From assembly GCA_951406725.2 (NCBI GenBank), contig OX597824.1, positions 98,084,001 to 98,148,000 of the forward strand: DNA of 64,000 bases. Direction: 5' to 3'. Below, in pieces: positions 28,937 through 42,218 of the stretch. The notes under the pieces were generated by a model, which was given only the letters and a program-made list of their open reading frames with translations, was not told the origin of the DNA and did no database searches. The DNA comes from Octopus vulgaris. Taxonomy: Eukaryota. Numbering within the stretch: the stretch's first letter is position 1; the number at the start of each line of letters is the position of its first letter. Both the position numbers and the translations under genes were made by a program.

Positions 28937-30769
28937 ATATATATATATATATTTATGTACATATACGTATACATATATATACATATTATATACATGTATA
29001 TACATGTATATACATATATACATACAAGCACATATTCACACACAGAAATACTCTCACACACATACACACACATACACTCACACACTCACACGTACGAACG
29101 CACACAACCAGTTACACACATGACAACACATGTGTCACCATGGAAACCTTGCGGTTTTGCTGATTATAACGAGCGCAACTATGGAGGATAGAAGAATCCA
29201 AAAACAACAGCAATTACGAGATATTACAACAACAACGACAACAACAACATGACAATAATAACGACAACGACGAGGAAGGATTAAAGCGGATTATAGTTTA
29301 AGAAGTCGAGGAAATTAATCGTCACGTGCTGGGTCTCACTTGACTTTGTTATTAACACTCGAGATACTATAACCAAAACTACAACCGCTGCTGCTGCTGT
29401 TGCTACTACTACTACTACTACTAAGTGTACCAAAACCACCATCAGCATCGCTGTTGCCATAACAACCGTTGTCACTACTACCAGTGTGACTGTCACCACC
29501 CTCACTGTTCCCATCCCAACCCCCTACAACAACATCACCATCACTATCACACCACCACCACCATCATCATCATCACTAACAGCAACATCATCATCATGCT
29601 GAACACCATCATCATCTCCGCAATCTTCGTCACCGCTTCCATCATCATCACAACCGCTAACAAACAACATCAAACATCACCATCATCATCACCATCATCA
29701 TCACGTTTCCAAGAACATCGCCACCACCACCACCATGATCACTGCCATCACCATCAACACCACCGCCACCACACCAACGCTACAACCCCCACACTCCGAT
29801 CGATATCCGTTGTTCTGATGACCAGGAGTGACCCCGTGTCGTATAAAAAAAAATGTCTTCTCGTTCAAACAAACCTAAAACTTCGTTAAAACACAAACAC
29901 AGCCTCGTAAGTTTACCTTACGTTATCAACTTATCGCATTGACCGGCAGAACCTCGGGTCACTCGTTAACTCTCCTTTCATCCTTTTCGGGTGAGAGGTT
30001 GGATAGAAGAAACTACTTAATTAGTGCGGTGGCTTTGCGAAAATGTAAGAAAGCCAAGCTGGATGTTCCAATCTTCGCGTTCTGAGTTCGAATCACACCA
30101 TGGATTATTGGGGATAGATTTAAGTCGCTTTAACGCCACTAGGTGGTGCTTTAGGTACTTTAGCGGAGGCCACCGTGTTGCAAGCATTCGGTCAGGTGCT
30201 TTTGCTTTCGAGACGGTCTTCCCTTCTCCTCTCAGGAGTTTTTTTTTTTTTTGTGTGGGGTGTCTTATAATGCTGCACGGACATCGCTTTTCCTCCTGAC
30301 TGCGTATATATGTAGACCAGCCGAAGGATCGATTAAGCATCCATGTGCAACAGATGCGTTTTGTTAGATTATTTGAAACTCGTGTAAGCGAAATAATCGT
30401 CAATGATACACTTTCATTCCTTATATCTTTACTATTTATTAAATATATATATATAAAGATTTCCAAGTATTTCTAATAAGAAGGATGAATCGAATATTTG
30501 TAGATATGGTGTAAAATTTCGTTAGGTTTTCTATAGCTGTGATATTGGTAAACATCTATATTTAATGTGACATCCAGAAAATTAATTGATCAACTCGATA
30601 TAAATTAACAAGATTTTTACTGAATCTTTCTGCCTGTTTTTTTAATGTTTTTTATTCATTTTAATAAGTATTAAAATGCCGTTTCTTGGCATAAAACAAG
30701 GATTATCATTTTTCTTTACCCAAAAGTTGTTATCAAAAGATAATACAGACTTCACTACTTTTTGTTTTT

Positions 30770-31060
30770 TAACCTGCTACTTATTTTATCGGTCTTTTTT
30801 GCTGTACCGCTAGCTTACGAGGCCATATGCACACCAGCATCATTGTGAAGTGGTGGTGAGAGCAAACACACACACACACACACACACATGTATGTATGTA
30901 TAAAAGGGATTCTTTTAGTTTTCGTTTACGAACTCCACTTACAAAAGCTTTGCCCGGCCCGAGGCTATAGCTGAAACCTCTTGCCGAAGGTGCCACTCAG
31001 TGGGATTGAGCCCAGAGCCATATGGTTGGGGAGCCAACGACTTACCACACGGCCGCGCCT
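30770..31060 (-). mobile_element. SINE family A (diverged)
   Basis: Reverse-complement match to the head and body of 14277-14673. Confidence 0.85.
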
Positions 31061-32376
31061 TCGACTATTTGTTGAAAACTTATGTGATCTTTTTAAATGT
31101 ATGTTCCTGATGAACTTTAATTGGTCTTTTCCAAATGGCTTCACCAATACATTGGAAAATGCTTAAAAAAACATTGAACTTATGTTCAGGGCTTCATTCC
31201 AGTTTCCACTTTACTAAAATGTAGGCAAGCTCTTTAATTCACTCTTCTCGTGAAATATTCCTCATAAGACATTTCCTATGTTTTTGTGACAGTATGATGA
31301 TACATTTTGTTGAGAAATTTAAAGGGTAAATTTTAAACGGACACACAGACAAATAGAGAGAGAGAGAGAGAGAGAAAGGAGAGAGACAGAGACAGAGAGG
31401 AGAGAGAGAGAGAGACAGAGAGGAGAGAGAGAGAGACAGAGAGGAGAGAGAGAGAGACAGACAGAGACAGAGAGGAGAGAGAGAGAGAGATCAGGCTGCG
31501 TTGCTCGGTAGATCGATTTGTACAAACTAAGTCACATAACTGATTCATGAACGTCCATTCGTTGAACTTCTCAACAAACTTCGTTCTCTCACACACCGTC
31601 TTCGAAACTTTGGTAAACTTACAAAACTTATTTACGCTTAACAGTTCGATCCCTGCCAACTGCTTCCTTCCATACATGTTGTACCTATTCTTCAAAGCGG
31701 GATGTGGGTGGGGGCATAACAGTAATAAAATTTGTCTATTTGGTGTAGAGGTTATTTTAAATAAAACGACAAAAAGCAAGCAACAGAAATTGAAAAACTA
31801 CAAAGGTTCGGTTAGATCCTGTGAGGTCTTCAACCGCTCACAAACACGGTAACACATCTCATTTGTGCGTGTCCATGGGGTCAGTGGTATCAAACCGGAT
31901 ACGGTTGTTTACGCTAATCATCCTTTGCCTCTTGGTTTCCGGTATGTCGAGGAAGTTGAAGGGAAGTTGGATAGAACCTGTCAAGCTATCAACCGAATCA
32001 TTGAAAATCAGTAAAGATATTCCTAAAGGCTTCCCGCAGCTAACATGATCAGTTTGGCTCCCCGTGGTTTGATGGCAGTTGCAAAGATGGTAACATAAAG
32101 AACAAGATTGAATCTGCAGATGCTGGAACCATGTTTTCCCAACATTGGAATGGTGAAAATACTGGAAACAGAACTGGTGTTAATCAAATTATTATAACTT
32201 TTAGGACTCTTACCTCCGTCTTTTCAAACATTTACATCTTGTCTATATTTTGATAGATTTTCGTATCAAATAATCTCCAGATGTCTTATTGGTGAATCCA
32301 TACTTAATTCCAGACTGAATTCGAACTAGGAACCTTTATTTATAAACTAAGGTTAACGTTATTATCCACTACGCTA

Positions 32377-32580
32377 AGGCGGCGAGCTGACACGGAGGGT
32401 AAAATGCTTAGGAGCATTTCGTCTGTCTTTACCTTCTGAGTTCAAATCCCGCCGAGGTCGACTTTGCCTTTCATCCTTTCGGGGTCGATAAAATAAGTAC
32501 CAGTTGAGTAATGGGGTCGATGTAACCGACTTACCCCCTCTCCCTAAAATTGCTAGCCTTGTATCACAATTTAAAACCGT
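32377..32580 (+). mobile_element. SINE family B (alternative tail subfamily)
   Basis: AAGGCGGCGAGCTG head, box B and core; tail CCCCCTCTCCCTAAAATTGCTAGCCTTGTATCACAATTT. Confidence 0.9.
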
Positions 32581-32704
32581 TATTATCCATTACGCTGGCA
32601 AGAACATAGTAATGGTCTGTGTCGGCAAATAGCATGAGTACGAAGGTCACAAAATGGTAATTACTGATCCAAATTATGATCATTGCCGAGAAGATGGGGT
32701 CTCT

Positions 32705-32880
32705 GAGGTTTAAGACGGAGCCCTTCAAGAAGTTTTACTGTGAAGAAGAGGAGAGATCTAAGGTTTTAAATGAGAGCTCTTCATTAAGATATATTGCTAA
32801 GAGAAAAGGCAAAACTAGGGGTTTAAAGCAGGGTCCTTCGTTGAGATATATTGATGTGAGGAAGAAGAGAGATATGGCGA
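32705..32880 (-). repeat. Three diverged tandem units of about 55 bp
   Basis: GGTTT(T)AA..G(A/G)GC(C/T)CTTC..AAGATATATTG..GAGAA-type blocks recur from about 32707, 32762 and 32819. Confidence 0.6.
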
Positions 32881-33029
32881 AAAGGACCGAGACTAAGTTA
32901 TATCGGATTCTATTCGTTCTTCTTAGAACATAATGAACAGGTTTGAACAAAATCTAATAAATGACTCCCGGTGACGGTCGGAGGGCAAACTGAGGAAACA
33001 GTAAATATCAAATAAAAAGTTTGGAACTG

Positions 33030-33173
33030 TAGGAGTGTCTGTGTGGTAAGAAGTTTACTTCCTAACCACATGGTTCCGGGTTCAGTCCCACTGCGTGGCA
33101 CCTTGGGCGAGTGTCTTCTACTATAACCTCGGGCAGACCAAAACTCTGTGAGGTGCGTGTGTGTCTGTGTGTG

Positions 33174-33211
<38 letters not shown>

Positions 33212-33428
33212 TGTTTATGGCTGTGTTTGTCACTCACCACCGCTTTACAACCCGTGTTGGTGCGTTTACGTCCCCGTAACTTAGAAATTCAGTAAAAGAG
33301 ACCGATAGAATTAATACTAAGTTTAAAAAATATAATTCCTGGGGTTGATTCGTTCGACAAAAATTCTTCAAGGCGGTGCCCCAGCCTGGCCGCAGTCTAA
33401 AGACTGAAACAAGAAAAAGATAAAAGAT
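33030..33428 (+). mobile_element. SINE family A, near full length
   Basis: Matches 14277-14673 with an internal deletion before the (GT)n tract. Confidence 0.92.
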
Positions 33429-34323
33429 ATGAGAAAACAACGAAACTTTTTTTGGTTCTTACTAGTTCAACATTCAGGTGTCAAAGTAAAGGACTTTTCT
33501 GTGGGGCTCGACCAAACATTCAAGTTCCCAGAACAGGGACCAACTTAAGAAGATCAATCAATAAAACAGCCGCCATACTTGTTATACTAGCGTCACTTCT
33601 CTCGATAGAGAAGTATTCCAATGTATGGTCCCTAATTACAGTTACGTGTACTGGGCTAACTTGTCTAGTGACCATACGGACAAGAAGCGACGGTGTTGGT
33701 CATACAAACCTCCAACCCACTCGGTCACGCGAACTAGTAACTCTTTTCTCCCTCTTTCACTCTCCCTCTCTCCCTCTCTCACTCTTTCTCTCTTATTCTA
33801 TCCATCTATCCATCTTTTTATCTATCTCATTTCTCTTGTTTCTACAATATTTCAATTTCTGCGCTCAGACAGACAGACAGACAGATAGATAGACAGACAG
33901 ACAGACAGGCAGACAGACAGAGAGACAGACAGACAGACAGACAAACTGACAGGCAGGCAGGTAGACAGATAGATGCCTCAATGCCGTTTCTCGCAGTTGA
34001 ACCAACTCCACAATCTACATTAATGGGTCAGGCATTTGCTGAAGGAATTAGAGATTAGGGTGTGTCACTTGCCTAATACAGCCTCTCTACTTACACAAAG
34101 ACACGCATACATATACACATGCACATACATATGTGTGTGTATATATACATATATATACATATATACATATGTGTATGTATATATACATATATGTGTGCGT
34201 ATGTGTGTGTGCGTGTGGTTATTTGTTTTTAAGCCGAAACAATGCAATTTAGAAATAGTAATCCAAGTCGATGTTACTTTTATATTTTGTTGGGAGTCAG
34301 GTCACAACAGCAATTCTCCGAAG

Positions 34324-34363
34324 ATTTCCTGAAGAAGGGGTCCTAACCCCGAAATATTGAAAT
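34324..34363 (+). ncRNA. Minimal type I hammerhead ribozyme, apparently intact
   Basis: ATTTC-CTGAAGA-a-GGGGT-ccta-ACCCC-GAAA-ta-TT-GAAAT. Perfect 5-bp stem I, perfect 5-bp stem II, full core and AATATT palindrome at stem III. Confidence 0.75.
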
Positions 34364-34507
34364 ACAAGATAAAAGCAGAAGCCATCGACATGTATTATTT
34401 CTTATAACTTGCATTGCTTTGCTTTTGGAAAAATCAATTCAAACAGACAAGCGCACATATATAAGTATGTATGTATATGCATACATATATATATCTATAC
34501 ATATGTA

Positions 34508-34602
<95 letters not shown>

Positions 34603-34645
34603 GTATATATATATATGTATATATATATATGTATATATATATATG

Positions 34646-34705
<60 letters not shown>

Positions 34706-34773
34706 CAGGTGGTGCTATTAAGTTAGACATGGCCTGGACCAATCTTTGGTCGAAACATATCTAAGTTTATCTA

Positions 34774-34827
<54 letters not shown>

Positions 34828-34843
34828 CATACATATATATATA

Positions 34844-34884
<41 letters not shown>

Positions 34885-35067
34885 ACACATACATACCAAC
34901 GAAGAATTGTCAATTTATCGCTTGCAGACATCATTCGAACCTGAAACCCACCTTTTGACTAACGCTAGAAATCAAAGATATGTGTAGATCGGGACGCTGA
35001 TATTCATATATACATATATACATTCAAACAACTAAGACATACACATATTCAACCGTACGTATGTATA

Positions 35068-35106
<39 letters not shown>

Positions 35107-35167
35107 AACAAAAATGCAATAAAGGACATTAAAAAATTCGGTCAGATAGACGATACAAAGACTGACT

Positions 35168-35220
<53 letters not shown>

Positions 35221-35325
35221 CATACATACATAATTTCATGCATACATGCATACACACATGTACGCGCATATGTATATATACATACAATGCATGGACATAC
35301 ATACAAACATACATTACATATAATT

Positions 35326-35368
<43 letters not shown>

Positions 35369-35582
35369 ATCTATATTAGAGAAGAACTTGAGAATCTGGT
35401 ATGGAATGTCAGTCTGCAAGATAACAAAATATTTTTTAAAAAACCTCGAACCGGTGAAACAGGAGGAATTTTCGTTTCGTTTCTCCAACTTCATTTTGGT
35501 TTTATCTTCGAGAAAATCTTTATTCCTGAGAGAGATCAAATCTTATCTAGGAATCAGAGTTTAAATTTACCTTTCACCCTCC

Positions 35583-35656
<74 letters not shown>

Positions 35657-36329
35657 TTTGCTTTGCAGTATATAATTTTTCGTGCGTGTCTGTGTATTTG
35701 CGTTTATAGTGTGGTGGAGTAATGTATGCATACATTCATGTATGTATATGGATCCAAAATGCTAAAGGTTTTCTATTTAACATAACATTCCTGATGTCGT
35801 GAATAAACACTCTTTTCTTTCATTAATTTGACTTAATTTAATATTTAATTTAATTTAATTACGTATCACACTTATGTAACTGTATATTCCTCAATGTTTA
35901 TCTTGATGAAACAGCTGTTGAAGGCAATGAATACAATTACAGTATGTAATATATGGGAACTCTTTTACTTTTTGCTTTTATGCATTAATAGCTTGTGGCA
36001 GGAGTACGTGTGGATGTGTGGGGAAGTGTGCGTCTGTGTGTGTGAGTGCATGTGTGTCTGTGTGTGTGAGTGCGAGTATGTATATGTGTTTGGGTGGGTG
36101 TCGGTGTACATGTATGTATATGTATATAGCTTTTCACATGTATGTATATATGTACTGCTTTATCAGAAATAGTAAATCTAGTTACACTTTACCAACTCCA
36201 ATGAATGAAACAGATGTGCAAAAGGAATAACCACTGCTGAATACAAGACGTACGTTTTAAAAAGAAGCACTTTTAAATGATCTGAAATACAAAGGCTACT
36301 ACGACTCTAACCATTAGAATAACGTTTGG

Positions 36330-36620
36330 TGCGTTTCATTATTGATTTTAAAGTTCCTGGTGTTGTTATTCTTTAATATCGAAATGTAATTGAACAATTT
36401 TGTATCAGAATATCATAACAGGTTTCTGAAGGTGTAAGTGTGTGAGTCCAATCGTAGTCTTAAAGTGTTTGTTGTCAACCCGATATAAAATGTAGATCTT
36501 GAATTATTAGTTTTAGATATTTTCACAAAATAAACAGTTGATTTCGAAAGATGTCGATTATTTAATGAAAAGCGTACGGGATTATGATAACACAAACGAG
36601 AAAGATTAAATGTCAATAAC
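36330..36620 (-). mobile_element. Decayed Penelope-like GIY-YIG endonuclease fragment
   Basis: ORF 36413-36616 contains SKSTVYFVKI..TFYIGLTTNTLRLRLDSHTYTFRN (VY..YIG.T..R..H motif). Confidence 0.8.
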
Positions 36621-36831
36621 CATCTAAGATTTTTTTAATCTTTTCTATTTCTACTACCAAATTTTGTGAACAACTAACATTTAGTTTAACATTTCCGGAA
36701 GTATTTAAGGAAATAAAGGGGCTTACAGTGAGACCTGTATGAATATTAAGACAAAACGGGACAATAAATCAAATGATTGTCAATTTCTGACTTTCTCGTA
36801 AACGAACATCGAATATGAACTTTATGGTTAT

Positions 36832-37216
36832 ACTAGCAGTATCGCCCGGCGTTGCTCAGGTTTGTAAGGGAAATAACTATAAAGCATTTTTAGAGAGTTA
36901 TAGCCAAAAAATAGCAAAAAAATGGAAAAAAAATGATGGTAAATTTTTTTGAGAGTTAAAAAAGGTGGAGTTGCGTCCCCTAGACGGTCTGTGGTTTGGG
37001 TTTCTGATTCTCGACCCCATGTCGAATTTATCGATATTTTTCAGAACTGGGGGAACTTTTCAAAATTTTCGCTGCGTTAGTTTTGAATTATGACATTGGG
37101 CTATGTGTGTGTCAAGTTTCATCAGAATCGGTTGAAAGCCGTGGTCAGGGTGAGGGTACGAGAAAACAGACACACAGAAAACGCACAGACAAACTACCGT
37201 TTATATAGAGAGAGAT
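36832..37216 (+). mobile_element. Non-autonomous Helitron/Helentron-like element
   Basis: Starts ACTAGCAGTATCGCCCGGCGTTGCTCAGG (CTAG plus adjacent imperfect hairpin), carries AAGTTTCATCAGAATCGGTT and ACAG-type repeats, and ends TTTATATAGAGAGAGAT. Architecture resembles Lep1/DINE-type elements. Confidence 0.7.
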
Positions 37217-37759
37217 ATATAATTCACTTTATCGTTAAAACCACTTCATTTTAATGCTTTCTTATTATAAGTGAGGGAAGACTCTGTTAAAGCCATATCA
37301 TATGGAATACTAGATAAGTGTGTACTAATACTTTTTGCTAAATTATTTTTAATCGTATGTGGGTGGCTTGAATCCATATACCTATATGATGTATTGTAGG
37401 TCTTCATTTAGTTTCCCTAAATTTATAATAGCATTGGTTCCTAAATTGAAAGCAATATAAAGGAATATAGAAAATTTCTAGAAATGGTAATGTTTTAAGT
37501 GTAAACCTTTAAATGACTCAGAGAATTATTTTCTTCCGAACGATTGGATATTTATATTATGTAAACATTGAATAATCTTCTACAATACTGTTTGGATGTG
37601 TATGTGTTTGCTTGTGTATGTAGTGGGGGCGTGTATGTATATATATATGTATATATAATCTTTTACTGAATATCTCAGCCGTCACCGATTGAATATCTCT
37701 TAGAACATCCGTTGTACAATAAATAATAATATTAACACAGAACAGGATCAAACCCGCAG

Positions 37760-37915
37760 CTGTCGCTGGTGCTTATTTAAAGACGGTTGAGCTGAACCAA
37801 CCCATAATGAAGTGCTTTGTTTAGGAGAACAACGCGCCGCCCGGTCCAAGAATCGAACACACGATTTAACAAACATGAGCCCAACATTTAACCACGACGA
37901 GGCCATGCGTCTTCA
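37760..37915 (-). mobile_element. SINE family C (old copy)
   Basis: Diverged match to 22070-22187. Confidence 0.65.
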
Positions 37916-37953
37916 CATGTGCATAAGTGAAAGTATATACGCATATAAGTGTT

Positions 37954-38000
<47 letters not shown>

Positions 38001-38104
38001 AGGGGAGAGAGACAGAGACAGAGAATGATGAAAGTAGAGAGAGGAAGATAGCATAAATTAGTTTATGATACAGTGGTGGTGGTGGTGGTGCTGGTGGTGG
38101 TGGT

Positions 38105-38139
<35 letters not shown>

Positions 38140-38442
38140 TGGCGGTTGTGGTGGTAGTGGGAGTGTGGGTGATTATGGTGGTGGTGGTGGGTGCGGTGAT
38201 GGGGAGGGCAGAGATGTCAAAGGTCACCAACTTTGGTGGTCTTCTTGATAACGTTACAGTGACACGATCATGGTCGGTATTTAATGCACTTCCCGACGTG
38301 GTGGCCACAATAGGGGGCGAGATATAGTGACCACACAGCTGATAATGTCATTGTGTTTATTGGAGCCAGGCCATTGTCAATATGTGGTTAAGCATATGTG
38401 TATGCGTGTGCATGTGTGTGTGCGCGCGTATGTGTGCGTGTA

Positions 38443-38477
<35 letters not shown>

Positions 38478-38690
38478 TATACTTGGTTCAGTCATTGGAC
38501 TGCGGCCATACTGGGGTATCACATTGAATATTTCAGTCGAGCAAATCGATCGCGGTACTTAATTGTTAAAGCCTGGTACTTATTCAGTCGGTTTTGTCGA
38601 ACCGCTAAGTCAGCAAATCATCGTTTGTCAAGCAACGGAGGTGGAGAACAAACATAGACAAACGCAAAAACACAGACACTGTGTGTGTGT
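38478..38690 (-). mobile_element. SINE family A, 3' half (diverged)
   Basis: TTCAGTCATTGGACTGCGGCCATACTGG..GAACCGCTAAGT..GTCAAGC. Confidence 0.8.
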
Positions 38691-38698
38691 ATTTATAA

Positions 38699-38771
<73 letters not shown>

Positions 38772-39894
38772 ATCCACATGCGTTCGTTCGTTTTACGTCC
38801 ATTCTTCTTTACTGACATGGGTCAGACAACATATAAAGATTTTTTTGTCCACAGCCCCTCCTCTCTAGTTGCCCGTTTTGCTTCGTTTTATTTTGTTTTT
38901 ATCTTTGTTTCCATTAAAGAATTCCTTCTTCCCTCACATCTTCTTCGGAAACGCAGAGTTGCAGACGATCGTTTCGACGTCTGTAACTCACCGTGTTTAC
39001 AGGCAAAGCGCAGAATGTCAGCATTTACACACATTCACACGTATTTAGTTCATTTATTTGACGGATGGATGGATGGATGGGTGGATGGATGGATGGATGG
39101 ATGGATGGATGGATGGATGGATGGATGGGTGGCTAGCTGGAGAGGAAGAGTGTAATGACCTGTCCGGTGCGATATGACCTTTCCTAAATCCAGATAACTG
39201 CCTTCACCCAAAAGTGACACTCACTCTCCATTGTTGATATCCAGTTGCACCAGAATCGTGGATTATGATGGTGGGGTTAGGGCGAGGATTAGTTTGGCTC
39301 TGGGGTAACTAGTGGGTGGGGTGAAGTTGGATGTGGTGGTAGTGTGAAAGGGTGAAGGAGGAGTGAAGGTGGAAGGATGGTGTGGGACAGGGGTTGAGGT
39401 GATGGTGAGAGTAGGGGTGATAGCGATGGTGGTAGTGGTAGTGATAGTGATTATAATAGTAGTGGCCGTTGTTGTTGTTGTTGTTCTTGTGGTGGTGGTG
39501 GTGGTGGTGGTGGTGGTGGCGGTGGTGGTGGTGGTGGTGGTGGTGGTGGTGGTAACGGTGGTCGTAGTGTGGTGACTTACACCCGCCCCCTCAACACATA
39601 TTTCAGCCACACTTCAGATGCTGTATACCAGGCATCACCGGTTGAATATCTCTAAGAACATCTGTCGTCCAATAAATAACGTTATTAAGTATATCTTTAA
39701 CTTATAGGCCGTCCGGTCGGTTGTATAGTCAGCTTATCTGTTCCTCTGCAACACTTATGCCAGTTGTATAGCCGAAGAAACACTGGCGATTGTGCTCGCG
39801 TTTCCTGTCGAAAGCCGGCGAAGGGTTGGAAACCGAGCTGGCTTTGTTCAGCGGAATTGTCTAGATTGAACGGATTAGAGGTGACGCCCATACA

Positions 39895-39934
<40 letters not shown>

Positions 39935-40016
39935 TACATTTTACACACACACACATGTGTATGCACACACACACGCATATATGTATATATGTGTGTGTGT
40001 ATGTGCGTGTGTGTGT

Positions 40017-40300
40017 GAAGGCGTGTGGCTTAGTGGTTAGGGCATTCAGCTCACGATTGTAAGGTTGTGAGTTCAATTCCCGGAGATGCATTGTATCCTT
40101 GAGCAAGACACTTCATTTCACGTTGTTCCAGTCCACTCAGCTGGCAAAAATGAGTAGCACCTGTGTTTCAAAGGACCAGCCTTGTCCCATTCAGTGTCAA
40201 TCTGCATCTCCCCAAGAACCACGTTAAGGATACTCGTGTCTGTGGAGTGCTCGACCACTTGTACGTTAATTTCACGAGCAAGCTGTTCCATTGATCGGAT
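40017..40300 (+). mobile_element. tRNA-derived SINE, family C
   Basis: TGGCTTAGTGG box A, GAGTTCAATTCC box B, TCCTTGAGCAAGACACTT core (resembles the conserved central domains of Deu/Nin-type SINEs). Confidence 0.9.
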
Positions 40301-40610
40301 TTATTTAATCGACCCCGAAAGGATGAAAGGCAAAGTTGACCTCGGCGGAATTTGAACTCAGAACATATTGACAGACGAAATACCTATTTCTTTACTACCC
40401 ACAAAGGGCAAAACACAGAGAGGACAAACAAGGACAAACGGATTAAGTCAATTACATCGACCCCAGTGCGTAACTGGTGCTTATTTAATCGACCCCGAAA
40501 GAATGAAAGGCAAAGTCGACCTCGGCGGAATTTGAACTCAGAACGTAACGGCAGACGAAATACGGCTACGCATTTCTCCCGGCGTGCTAACGTTTCTGCC
40601 AGCTTGCCGC
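40300..40610 (-). mobile_element. SINE family B, full unit plus head-less partial second unit
   Basis: Reverse complement of family B; junction AAAGAAATAGGTATTTCGTCTG at about 40372-40393. Confidence 0.92.
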
Positions 40611-40794
40611 TTTGTATACATAGATATAAATCAGAAAAATACAATAAGTTCACAAAGCACAGAGGAGACAAAACAAATAAATAATATACGAAACAATTGA
40701 CTCAAAAGGCGTAGAAGAAATATGAAATGAAACAATAACAATGGAAGAATGTGTACAATGAAAATATATACAGCAAAGGAAGAAACAGAAAAGG

Positions 40795-40830
40795 ATTTAA
40801 CGTTTCGAGTAAAAACTCTTTATCAATGAA
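40795..40830 (-). ncRNA. Decayed hammerhead motif in a Penelope-like terminal-repeat relic
   Basis: Minus strand reads TTGATAA-a-GAGT-tttt-ACTC-GAAA-cg-TT; two transitions in the core. Confidence 0.5.
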
Positions 40831-41301
40831 GAGGGAAAGTGTTGAGGCAAGAGGGAAAAGAAAAGCTGAAACCGAATTTATTGAATGTTTATATGGCAGG
40901 CCTAGGGCCAATATATGTGTATGTGTGTGTATGAGAGTATCTCTCTCTCTCTCTCCCTCTCTGCCTCTCTGTCTCTTTCACTCTCTCTCTATATATATAT
41001 GTATATTAAGAGAGGGACACAGAGAGAGAGAGGTAGAGGCAAGAAGGAAAGAGAGGGATGGGAAAAGTGGTTGTGTATTTGTGTGTGTGTGTGTGTGCAA
41101 TGTGTGTGTGTGTGTGTGTGTCTATGTGCGCGCGTGCGTGTACGTGTGTGTGCGTGCATATCTACATTCTTTGAGATCAGCAGATATCTTTTTAGCGGAA
41201 GTCAAATCAAAAAAATGATGATGATGGTGGTGGTAGTGATGATGATGATGATGATGGAATAAAGAATAAACTAAGCTGCGAAAGACAATAAGTGTGTGTG
41301 C

Positions 41302-41366
<65 letters not shown>

Positions 41367-41789
41367 TGTGTGTGTGTGTGCATCGTGAATGTTGAAAAGA
41401 CAAGTAAAAACTCTTAAGGGAATGATGTTGGTTGAACGAGATTATCGTTGAAGCGAGACTGAGGAAGTAAGGGCATGGCGGGAGAGGATTAGGAAGTCTC
41501 AGACAGAAAAAAAAAGGAAGAAAGATAACAAAAGACAATAAGAAGAGAAATTTAAAGAATTCTGCTGCGATATCGTGAAAAATAAAGAAGAGATGTTGGT
41601 GATAACAGAATGTATGCAGGGGGTGGGGTGGAAGGGAGGGGGGAGAAAGGAAATTCAGAAATAACAGGGGGGTGTCGGGGGTTGAGAGAGAAAATAGTAG
41701 CCAAAAAACGGTAGTAGTAGTAGTAGTAGTAGTAGTTGTTGTTGTTGATATTGTTGATGCTGTAGTTCTTGCAGTTGTTGTTGTTGTTC

Positions 41790-42152
41790 CTGCACACATG
41801 CGCAGAAATCCTTCAAGTGGTCCTCGCTGCCACAAATGTCCCCACCTGAATTTCCGGTCCCGCAACGCCGGTCTCTCATTGTTTTGTTTTTGTTTTGGTT
41901 TTTCCTGATTGCTCTCTGAAGAACAACTCTGGAAACGTCTGAATGGTTTTCGGTGGTCTTGTATCTTCGCACTGACTCTCTTCGACCATTCTCTCGTCTC
42001 CTCTGCACATTGTCCCCTCCTGTCCACATCGCACTACAAACGGCAGATTAGCCTGGAATCGGTAACACTGCCAGTTCTGCCGCCATCCTAAGTATTCTCG
42101 CACGAATCTACGGGAAGCTGTCTGTAGAGCACCATCTCTGCTTACAACCTCA

Positions 42153-42218
<66 letters not shown>

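Noticed and set aside
40017-40090. tRNA gene
   Set aside because: The tRNA-like head runs directly into a multi-copy SINE body and the acceptor stem is broken.
41916-41945. CTGAAGA...GAAACGTC hammerhead-like core
   Set aside because: Stem II is only 2 bp and there is no stem I pairing; likely chance.
41122-42027. 301-aa minus-strand ORF, the longest in the window
   Set aside because: Largely built from simple repeats (poly-T, TH, H runs) with no recognisable domain.
42040-42085. TAACACTG (miR-8/200-like seed) within GGCAGA...TCTGCC
   Set aside because: The rest does not match the mature miRNA and the stem is too short and irregular.
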